DNA from: an uncultured delta proteobacterium
GTDB lineage: Bacteria; Desulfobacterota; Zymogenia; Zymogenales; Zymogenaceae
Direction of reading: 5' to 3'
Assembly (NCBI GenBank): GCA_963792965.1
Contig: CAWBYW010000021.1
Location: 1 to 32,456 of the forward strand
DNA length: 32,456 nt
This document shows positions 9,786 through 17,602 of this stretch, piece by piece. The notes below the pieces were generated by a model, which had not been told where the DNA came from, searched no databases, and worked only from the letters and a program-made list of their open reading frames with translations. The first letter of the stretch is position 1. Each line of letters begins with the position of its first letter. A program made the position numbers and the translations under genes.

Positions 9786-11088
9786 TCGACCACCTCCGCC
9801 ACCTTATCCAGCCCCACCTCTTTCTCCTCCCCCGTCTTCATGTCCTTCACCTTCACCACCCCCCGCGACAGCTCGTCGGGGGCGACGATGACGACCTTGC
9901 CCACCCCGATCTTATCGGCATAGGCGAATTTCTTTTTGAGCTTGCCGCTCTCGGTGTAGACGTCGGTGTTGACACCATTCTTCCTCAGCTCCCGCGCGAT
10001 CTTCAGCGCCTGCCCTACCTCCGCCTCCCCGAACGGCACCACGAGGACCATTACCCCCGCGCCCCCGTCCCGGAACGTCCCGGCCTCGTTGATCACCTCG
10101 ATGATCCGCTCCAGCCCCAGCGCCATCCCCGTGGCCGGCACGTCGATGCCGGTGAATAACCCGATCACCCCGTCGTACCGCCCCCCACCGGCCAGGCTCC
10201 CGATCTTCGGCGTCTGGACGACCGCCTCGAACACCGGGCCCGTGTAGTAGGCAAGCCCCCGCGCCAGCCGCGGCGCAAACTCGACCCGCTTTGGGTCGAC
10301 ACCGGCATCGCCGAGGAGCGCAAATATCCGCTTCAGGTCACCCGTCCCCTCAAGGGCGAGCTCCGCGCCCGCAAGCTCCTTCTCGAGGCGCGCGAGGTCC
10401 GCCGCATGGGTCACCCGTCGTGGCCGTCAGCGAAAAGAGCGCCTCTACCTTCGCCCGGTCATACCCCGCCTCGGCAAACTCCTCCCGCACCGCTTCCTCG
10501 CCGACCTTGTCGATCTTGTCCAGGATACGGATCGCCGCCGGCCACTGCCTCCGGCGCGATCCCGAGGCGTCCCATCAGGCCGGACAGGAGCTTGCGGTGG
10601 TTGACCAGCGTGACGGAGGCCCCAAAGCCGAGGTCGTCCATGACGTCGGTGATGAGGCTGATGATCTCGCTGTCGGCCGCAGGGCTCCCTACCCCCACGA
10701 TGTCGGCGTCGCACTGGAAAAACTCGCGGAGCCTCCCCCGCTGGGGCTTCTCCGCCCGCCAGACCGGCTGGATCTGGTAGCGCTTGAACGGCATGACGAT
10801 CTTGTCCTGATACTGGGCGATGACCCGGCACATCGGCACCGTCAGGTCGTACTTGAGCGCGACCTCTTTGCCCCCCTTGTAGGCCAGGTCGAAGATGAGG
10901 CCTTCGCCCTCGTCGCCGTATTTACCGGTCAGGATGTCGTAATATTCCATGGCCGGGGTGGAAAGCGGGGCAAAGCCGTAGGTCTCGAATCGCTTCTTGA
11001 TGATGCCGATGACCCGCTCGCGCACGTACATCTCCTGGGGGAGGAAGTCGCGGGTGCCCTTCATGATCCGAGGTTTGATAATGTCCAT
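9782..11088 (-). CDS. hisS: Histidine--tRNA ligase, frameshifted near 10540 and 10405
   Basis: KGTRDFLP, LKYDLTVP, motif 2 WRAEKPQRGRLREFFQCDAD, ARGLAYYTG, GGGRYD, motif 3 GMALGLERI and a C-terminal anticodon-binding domain. Confidence 0.95.
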
Positions 11089-11249
11089 CGTGATTACTGA
11101 TTTCCTGCGATAGAAAAAGGAGATGGTCTTTTGTATCAGAAGCGCCGTCAAAAGTCAACATCCCGTCGGGTCGTGCTGACCATATCTCGGCCCAGAGGTG
11201 CTCGCGGATTCACATAATGATAGATAGTAAAATATATTCCAGATTTTCC

Positions 11250-11278
11250 TTGACATCCGATAAATAACGGCGTAAACT
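11250..11278 (+). promoter_or_regulatory. Sigma70-type promoter of RRM gene 1
   Basis: TTGACA-17 nt-TAAACT with an AT-rich upstream segment. Confidence 0.7.
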
Positions 11279-11284
11279 TAGTTA

Positions 11285-11491
11285 AAGATTGGGAAACGGT
11301 TCCTGATCTTGAGTGCTGCCGGAGAGGGAGTCTGACTACCTTCTTTGAGGTGATCAGCGAACTTTTCAGGCGGCTTTTTTATTATTCAATTCTCGTGTTT
11401 AATAATGCTTTCTATGAAGAGGTTCTGCTGCACTTCTCACTCCTACCTCCTCAGCGATCATTGTTAGCAGGAGAGTAAGAAGGAGTTGAAG
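11285..11491 (+). ncRNA. Conserved structured 5' leader of RRM gene 1 (candidate cis-regulatory RNA)
   Basis: Three hairpins shared with 12901-13110, showing compensatory changes (see findings). Confidence 0.65.
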
Positions 11492-11773
11492 ATGCAGGAA
11501 AACAAACTGTTTGTAGGAAACCTGAGCTATTCGGTAACGTCCGAGGCGCTCACCGAGCTCTTTGCCAACCACGGGTCGGTCGTTGAGGCCAAGGTTATCG
11601 AGGGGAAGGGCTTTGGATTCGTGGAAATGTCCACGAAGGAAGAGGCCGACGCGGCCAAAGAGGCTCTGAACGGCACGGACTATTCCGGCCGCTCCCTGAA
11701 CGTGGATACGGCAAAGCCGCCCAAGAGCAGGGACGACAGAGGTGGCGGCGGTGGTGGCTACCGGAGGTACTAA
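11492..11773 (+). CDS. RRM-domain RNA-binding protein with Gly-rich tail, copy 1
   Basis: RNP2 LFVGNL, RNP1 KGFGFVEM and C-terminal RGGGGGGYRRY. SD AAGGAG. Confidence 0.95.
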   Translation: MQENKLFVGNLSYSVTSEALTELFANHGSVVEAKVIEGKGFGFVEMSTKEEADAAKEALNGTDYSGRSLNVDTAKPPKSRDDRGGGGGGYRRY

Positions 11774-11796
11774 TCCGATAGTCTATTCCGACTAAG

Positions 11797-11826
11797 AAAA
11801 AGGGGGGATTATTCCCCCCTTTTTTT
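11797..11826. terminator. Intrinsic terminator (probably bidirectional)
   Basis: AAAAAGGGGGGA-TTAT-TCCCCCC followed by a T7 run, between convergent genes. Confidence 0.85.
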
Positions 11827-11842
11827 ATTTGTACGAAGTCAA

Positions 11843-12544
11843 TTATGCGCCCCGTGGAAGCCTTTGGGACAGACCGGGGCCGTGGGGACAGACGCTGCGG
11901 CACGCACGGCACGTGTAGAGACTATAACCTTTCTTGGTGACTATCGACGACGCCCGGCGGCACCGCTTCTGGTCCACCCCCGCGTCTGTGATCGCGTGCG
12001 CCGGGCACGACTCGATGCAGAGGCCGCACTCGTCGCAGCCCATGTCGCCCACAAGGACGGGATCAGGATCGAGGTCCGCGTCAACGAGCAGGGCGCCGAG
12101 GGTGATGCGGTTTCCGAAGACCGGGTTGGTGAGAATGGTGTTCTTGCCCATCGTCCCCAGCCCCGCAAGAGTCGCCGCATGCTTGAGCGACAGGATGCCC
12201 CGCCCCTCCCGTTTTTCCTCGTCCCAGAAGACGTAGGGCTCGCTCGGAACGGGGACCGCCGCGACCCCGGCGTCCTCGAGCTTCACCGAAAGGTCCAGAA
12301 TGAGACTGAAGACCGCCTGCATGGTCGTATCACACGCAAACGTGTACGGAACGGGATTAGGCGAGAGGAAGATGCCCTCCGGCAGCCTCTTTGCGACCAC
12401 CGCGACGGATTTCGCCCCGGGATAGATATCGGGCGGCCGGAAACCCTCGGGCGCCCCCGAGAATCTCGAAACGGGGGCGATGCCGCAGAGATCGGCGCCC
12501 GCCTCCCGCGAAAGCTCCTTCACACGCGCCGCCGTCATCATCAT
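11843..12544 (-). CDS. Epoxyqueuosine reductase (QueG)-like, cobalamin/4Fe-4S protein
   Basis: GADLCGIA, SLKHAATLAGLGTMGKN, FGNRITLGALL, CDECGLCIESCP...C...CRACRSVCP. Confidence 0.8.
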   Translation of the reverse strand: MMMTAARVKELSREAGADLCGIAPVSRFSGAPEGFRPPDIYPGAKSVAVVAKRLPEGIFLSPNPVPYTFACDTTMQAVFSLILDLSVKLEDAGVAAVPVPSEPYVFWDEEKREGRGILSLKHAATLAGLGTMGKNTILTNPVFGNRITLGALLVDADLDPDPVLVGDMGCDECGLCIESCPAHAITDAGVDQKRCRRASSIVTKKGYSLYTCRACRSVCPHGPGLSQRLPRGA

Positions 12545-12866
12545 GACTGCTTCACCTGACACCTCGTTCATTGGGTTTTGCGTCCTGCTTATAGAACTAT
12601 GTGACACTCGGATTGGGAAAAGGATTCGCCCTTGGCCCGTATCGCCGAAATAACGTACCGAAGGGGCCGCCCCGCGGTATCGGCATGCTTGTCCTTCGTT
12701 CGACCGCATATGCCGCCGTCTGACCTACGGGCGGACAACTGCTTTGTACCATAATCGGCCCCGAGAGTCAACAAACGGCCCGCCTCCCGCCCATCCGTCA
12801 CCCGGGCCGGATGGAAAACTCTCCGATCAGGTAATAGCTCATGTCCGGCAATATTAATATTTTTAC

Positions 12867-12895
12867 TTGACACGCGATAACCGGTGCGGTAAATT
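12867..12895 (+). promoter_or_regulatory. Sigma70-type promoter of RRM gene 2
   Basis: TTGACA-17 nt-TAAATT with an AT-rich upstream segment, at the same position relative to the leader as in copy 1. Confidence 0.7.
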
Positions 12896-12900
12896 TATAC

Positions 12901-13110
12901 TATAGCCAGGACACGGGGTCCTGAGTGTGGATGCTGCCTGAGAGTGAGTCTTAATATCTCGCTTGAGGTATCCGACAAATTCTCATGCAGCTTTTTAATT
13001 TCTTAGTTTCTCGTGTTTAATGATGTTGTTCTGCGTGGTGAGGTATGTCGTTTTCCTTCTCTCCGCCTCCTCAGGCGACCATTGTTAGATAGGAGAAAAA
13101 GGAGCTTAAA
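12901..13110 (+). ncRNA. Conserved structured 5' leader of RRM gene 2 (candidate cis-regulatory RNA)
   Basis: Homologous to 11285-11491. Shared blocks include TGCTGCC, TTGAGGT, GCTTTTT, TTCTCGTGTTTAAT, CCTCCTCAG and CATTGTTAG. Confidence 0.65.
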
Positions 13111-13395
13111 ATGCAGGAAAACAAGCTTTTCGTGGGTAACCTCAGCTACTCGGTGACCTCGGAGGCCCTCAGCGAGCTCTTCTCGGAATACGGAGAGGTC
13201 ATAGAGGCCAAGATCATCGCGGGAAAGGGCTTTGGGTTCGTTGAAATGTCGACCCTGGAAGAAGCCAACAATGCCAAAGAGGCATTGAACGGCAAGGACT
13301 TTTCCGGTCGCACCCTGAACGTGGACACGGCCAGGCCGCCCAAGAGCAGGGACGACAGAGGTGGGGGAGGCGGAGGCGGTTATCGGAGGTACTAA
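13111..13395 (+). CDS. RRM-domain RNA-binding protein with Gly-rich tail, copy 2
   Basis: LFVGNL and KGFGFVEM. Close paralogue of 11492-11773. Confidence 0.95.
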   Translation: MQENKLFVGNLSYSVTSEALSELFSEYGEVIEAKIIAGKGFGFVEMSTLEEANNAKEALNGKDFSGRTLNVDTARPPKSRDDRGGGGGGGYRRY

Positions 13396-13427
13396 TCCGA
13401 CCGGCCGTTTCTGAGAAAGAACCACAG

Positions 13428-13454
13428 AAGGGGGGATCATATCCCCCCTTTTTT
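13428..13454 (+). terminator. Intrinsic terminator
   Basis: AAGGGGGGAT-CAT-ATCCCCCCTTTTTT. Confidence 0.85.
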
Positions 13455-13548
13455 ATTTCACCGCCGACACGAAGCGGCGTCGTCCGGCCGCCTAAGTCAT
13501 CCGGACTGGGTAAGCCGGGGACTGGCAGGTAACCATATCAGGAATGAT

Positions 13549-14547
13549 TCAAAAAGCGTGCAAGATCCCGTGCACGAGATAATAAGTCAAAGCGGCAAAG
13601 AGCCCGGCCAGCGGTATCGTCAGTATCCAGGCCCAGAGGATTTTTCGCGCGGTGATCCACCGGACATTCTTTATCCCCTCGACGGTGCCGACCCCCATGA
13701 TGGAGCCCGCGATGACGTGGGTGGTGCTGACGGGGATCCCGAAGTGAGCGGTCCCGAGCAGAACGAATGCCGATGAGGTCTCGGCGCAGAAGCCCTCCAT
13801 GGCCCTGATTTTCGTTATGTTGGTCCCCATCGTCTTGACGATGCGCCATCCTCCGAAGGTCGTTCCGAGCGAAATCGCCAGGTAACACGAGAACTCGACC
13901 CATGTGTCGATATGAAAGGTGGGTATCATCCCCGACGAAAAGAGCACCAGCGCAATGATGCCCATCGTTTTCTGCGCGTCGTTCGTCCCATGTCCGATGC
14001 TGTAGAGCGCCGCCGAAACCAGCTGGAGTCTTCTGAAAAGGTGGTTTGTTTTTTCGCGATTAAACGTGTGGAAGATGCGTATCACGACCGTCGTAAAAAA
14101 GACCGCGCCTATCATCCCCAGGATCGGCGCAAAGAAAATGAACAGAAAAATCTTAATCACCCCGTAGAGCTCGATAGCCGAGAAACCGACGGAGGCCATC
14201 GCGCTCCCCACAAGCCCCCCGACCAACGCGTGGCTGCTGGACGTGGGAAGGCCCAACAGCCACGTCACGATGTTCCATATTATCGCTCCCATCAGGGCCG
14301 CAAATATGATCGGCAGCGTTATGACGGAGGTGTCCACGATCCCCTTGCCGATCGTTACCGCGATCGTCACCCCAAAAAAGGCAAAGCCGATGAAATTGGC
14401 GAAGCCCGCCATCAGAACGGCTTGAAAGGGAGTAAGAACCCGGGTGACGACAACTGTCGCAATGGAATTTGCTGAATCGTGAAAACCGTTGAGGAAATCG
14501 AAGAGCAGCGCGACAACGATTATGACGACCGCGAAGGAGAGATGCAT
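13549..14547 (-). CDS. pit: Inorganic phosphate transporter, PiT family
   Basis: PiT signatures NGFHDSANSIAT, GLPTSSSHAL, HGTNDAQKTMG and GIPVSTTH. Confidence 0.93.
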   Translation of the reverse strand: MHLSFAVVIIVVALLFDFLNGFHDSANSIATVVVTRVLTPFQAVLMAGFANFIGFAFFGVTIAVTIGKGIVDTSVITLPIIFAALMGAIIWNIVTWLLGLPTSSSHALVGGLVGSAMASVGFSAIELYGVIKIFLFIFFAPILGMIGAVFFTTVVIRIFHTFNREKTNHLFRRLQLVSAALYSIGHGTNDAQKTMGIIALVLFSSGMIPTFHIDTWVEFSCYLAISLGTTFGGWRIVKTMGTNITKIRAMEGFCAETSSAFVLLGTAHFGIPVSTTHVIAGSIMGVGTVEGIKNVRWITARKILWAWILTIPLAGLFAALTYYLVHGILHAF

Positions 14548-14548
14548 C

Positions 14549-15190
14549 CTAAACCCACTTTACGGTTATTCCTCTGATCAACTTGGCAATGTCATCCATC
14601 GAATTGATAATCTGCTCCAGATGCTCGTACATGTCCTTGAACTTTATTATATAGATCGGATCTTTGGTTTGGAAGAGCTCGGCCATACTCGTATGGATCA
14701 GCGCGTCGGCCTCATTTTCCAGCACGTGGACTTTCTTAATGTAGGGGAGGAGGTCTTTTTTCTTCTGAAGGGAGTTGATCAAGCTCTTCAGCTCGCGCGA
14801 TACGGCGATGATGATCTCTACGAATTGAAGGATATTCGGGGGAACCTTTCTTATCTGATATTTCTCGATCTTCTGGGCGACGTCATTCAGGATATCCATG
14901 GAATTGCCGATGCTGACTACGAGATGGTGTATGTCTTCCCGGTCGATGGGAGTGATGAACGTATCATTCAACTTGTTCAGGATAACCATCTCCAATTCGT
15001 CTTCGCTTGACTCATATTGCTTTATCCCGATCACCAAAATATGGATCTCTTCCGGAGATAGATTCCCCACTTCTGAAACGAGTCTCTTAAACGATTCGCA
15101 CGCGTCGCAAAAGAGGGAAATCTGGTCATTGAAATATTTGAAGAACGCCACTTCTCTCGGCAGCAGTAGGTCGAGCAGTTTCAGCGCCAT
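14549..15190 (-). CDS. DUF47 (PhoU-like) phosphate transport regulator
   Basis: TFITPIDREDIH and LENEADA. Directly upstream of pit, the usual arrangement. Confidence 0.9.
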   Translation of the reverse strand: MALKLLDLLLPREVAFFKYFNDQISLFCDACESFKRLVSEVGNLSPEEIHILVIGIKQYESSEDELEMVILNKLNDTFITPIDREDIHHLVVSIGNSMDILNDVAQKIEKYQIRKVPPNILQFVEIIIAVSRELKSLINSLQKKKDLLPYIKKVHVLENEADALIHTSMAELFQTKDPIYIIKFKDMYEHLEQIINSMDDIAKLIRGITVKWV

Positions 15191-15410
15191 AGCAACACCT
15201 TAGCAGAATAGTAAACGGGTAAACGGCTCACCATGTTGTCAACGATAGCCGGGACATCGGGTCGGGAAGCGCGGCTGTTCCCGAGGGCTCGGCCCTCTTT
15301 CCAGTGCCCGGGCTCCTGCGCTTTATTGCCGCTCTTTTCAGGTCCACGTCTCTTGGGCACGAGACTCAGCCCCCGAGATAGTCCCGGGGGACGGCGGACG
15401 GTAACGTTAC

Positions 15411-15439
15411 ATAGTATCTTCGGGCAGGGCAAAAGTCAA
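15411..15439 (-). promoter_or_regulatory. Sigma70-type promoter ~220 nt upstream of DUF47-pit
   Basis: TTGACT-17 nt-TACTAT, flanked by two GTAAC/GTTAC inverted repeats. Confidence 0.65.
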
Positions 15440-15516
15440 CACATTTGCGTAACTCGTTACACGATATGGGGGGTCTTGCCGGACGAGGCGCACCGCGCAG
15501 TATGAGGTTGTTGAAC

Positions 15517-16093
15517 TCACGCCGTTTTCGTATCACCTGACGACTCCCTCGGCTCGATTCTGTCCGAGCGTATGTCTCGTATCAAAACCCTTTTTGCCGC
15601 CAGGTAGATGACTCCCCCCGCAAGCGCGGTAACGATTTGGGGCCATGAGAAGCTGAAAAACAATACACCGGAAAGGCCGGCGGGAAGAGTCTTTATCCTG
15701 AGGAAAAACGTAACGGCCGCAAAGAGGAAACAGAATTTCAGGATGGCCCCGGCCACGATCCCCACTATCTTTCGTTTCAACGCGAAGAAAGTCAGGACGA
15801 ATAGGAAGTTCCCGATCCCTATAAAAGGAATGAATGGGATGGGGATCGGGGAGCCCGTGAGCAGCGCCGTGAACGGCGCGACAAAGGCAATCATCGTCGC
15901 CCCCCAAAAACCCGCGTAGTCGACGGCGATGAGCAGGCAGGCGTTGACGAGGGTACCGACGACAAATATGTTCAGCGGCCCCGATAAACGAGGTCAGATA
16001 TCTGCCCGAAGCCTGCATCGCGGCCGTCAGGGCAAGCAGAATGGCGCTTCTCGCGATCCTCCTGGTCCCGGATAATAATTCGCTGTCTTTCAT
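15517..16093 (-). CDS. ECF transporter S-component family membrane protein, frameshift near 15975
   Basis: IARSAILLAL...FVVGTLVNACLL...FIPFIGIGNFLFV...GAILKF...FSWPQIVTALAGG across two frames. Confidence 0.75.
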
Positions 16094-16132
16094 CTGCCCT
16101 TCCCTCACGAGCGCAAGCAGGGTCCGAGTGTG

Positions 16133-16480
16133 TCAGCTCTTGCTCTCAAGGTATTCTCTTAACACGACGGCGTTGTTCAATTGCTCATCTCTGGCCGCGT
16201 ACAATAAGGTAACCGTCTCTTTCTCGGCGATGGATATGATCCGCTGAACCGGTTCTCTTTTTTCATCTAACTCTTTGGTGTAGGCCCTCTTGAACTGGTC
16301 CCACTTATCCGGCCTGTGTCCGAAATCTTTCCTCACTTTATCGCTCGGGGCAATCTCTTTCATCCAAAGATCCACGCGTGCCCCTTCCTTCTTTACACCC
16401 CGCGGCCACAGCCTGTCAACCAATATCCGACAGCCATCGTCTTCGGCGACTTCATTATAGATCCTTTTTATTCTTATCAT
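16133..16480 (-). CDS. DUF488 (YeaO-like) protein
   Basis: MIRIKRIY, DGCRILVDRLWPRGVKKE, WMKEIAPS, VTLLYAARD and NNAVVL. Confidence 0.92.
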   Translation of the reverse strand: MIRIKRIYNEVAEDDGCRILVDRLWPRGVKKEGARVDLWMKEIAPSDKVRKDFGHRPDKWDQFKRAYTKELDEKREPVQRIISIAEKETVTLLYAARDEQLNNAVVLREYLESKS

Positions 16481-16658
16481 AGTGCGCGGCTCCTCCTTCC
16501 GACTTCAGATTCACCCGGAAAATGACGGTTAACCGGCCGTATCCGTTTTCCGTGATCTTACTGCATTATCGAAAACGCATATGCAGGCGCCATTGACCCT
16601 CGGACCGTATCGTGGAAAAGGTATAAAATCGGCGCTTTGCCGACGGGTGAGCAGATCG

Positions 16659-17102
16659 TTATCGGCAGGTATAGGGATAGGGGTACGTCTTGTCGGTGAG
16701 ATCGTTATAGATGTTCCACGGGTCACGATTGCAGTCCGTGACCATCCAGAAGTCGTTCTTGCCGTCGTTGTCGAGATCGGCCGAGCAGGTGGACGTGAAA
16801 TGGAACTTGTCTCCCGAGATGTTGAGGTACCAGTTCTTGTAGTACTTCGGCTCGCACGCCGGCTTGAAATTTATGCCGCTGAAGCTTCCGGCGTAGACCG
16901 AATGCTCGGCGAAATAGGCGATCTCACTCGTGTAGACACCGGCCAGAAGCACCCGCGCCTCGGATTGCCTGGTCTTGTTTTGATACATCATATAGTTCGG
17001 GATGGCTACCGCGGCAAGGACTGCGATGATGGCTACCACGATCATCAGTTCGACGAGGCTGAAACCCGAATCTCTCCCTGGGTCTTTTTTATCCGCCATC
17101 AT
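16659..17102 (-). CDS. Type IV pilin (PilA-like prepilin)
   Basis: Prepilin cleavage/methylation site G|FSLVELMIVVAIIAVLAAVAIPNY. Four cysteines in the C-terminal domain. Confidence 0.92.
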   Translation of the reverse strand: MMADKKDPGRDSGFSLVELMIVVAIIAVLAAVAIPNYMMYQNKTRQSEARVLLAGVYTSEIAYFAEHSVYAGSFSGINFKPACEPKYYKNWYLNISGDKFHFTSTCSADLDNDGKNDFWMVTDCNRDPWNIYNDLTDKTYPYPYTCR

Positions 17103-17363
17103 GGATGTCCTATCGGTTGAAGGTAACAGACAGTAACACGGACAAAAACGTCATGTAGTGTGTCGGACCTCAACTCTGGACGCCCCCGGCCCGATTTGTG
17201 AGGTACGTCTATAGACAGCGGTGCTCGAAAGTCACACTATTGGTTCCGGCTCAAGAGAAATTCCGGGGTCCCCGATTTCTTTACGGCAACGGGTGCACTG
17301 TCTCCGCTGGACTGGGCTCATCCTGGAAAGGTCGTGGTTGTTTCTTGCACCATTTTTATATAG

Positions 17364-17392
17364 ATTTTAATCTCCCCGACGGCCAAAATCAA
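17364..17392 (-). promoter_or_regulatory. Candidate sigma70-type promoter upstream of the pilin gene
   Basis: TTGATT-17 nt-TAAAAT in an AT-rich stretch, ~260 nt before the start codon. Confidence 0.45.
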
Positions 17393-17602
17393 CTACTAAT
17401 ACTATATACATTATTCATATTTAAAATAGTGAACCATTAACACAAAGTCTCTTGAGGATAACACGACCGCAAAAAAGGGGCTTACGTGGTTGCGTAAGCC
17501 CCTTCTCATCGGCGGTGGATGGATCCGCCGCCTTTCTATCTATTCATCCGTAATTTACCATCTACTCCAATACAGCACTCGCGCCGAACGGATCGTACGG
17601 CC

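Noticed and set aside
11843-12544. Reductive dehalogenase
   Set aside because: Too short, with no Tat signal and no rdhB anchor. Only the shared QueG/RdhA cobalamin-Fe-S core is present.
15300-15400. TPP riboswitch upstream of DUF47-pit
   Set aside because: GCUGAG, ACCUGA and GCGCAGG resemble TPP junctions, but the UGAGA motif, the P2 helix and the P5 helix are missing, and the downstream genes are unrelated to thiamine. Kept only as an unassigned structured leader.
17103-17360. c-di-GMP/cGAMP (GEMM) riboswitch or sigma54 promoter upstream of the pilin
   Set aside because: No GGCAAA...GAAA...ACGCAAA pattern and no TGGCAC-N5-TTGC were found, only generic hairpins.
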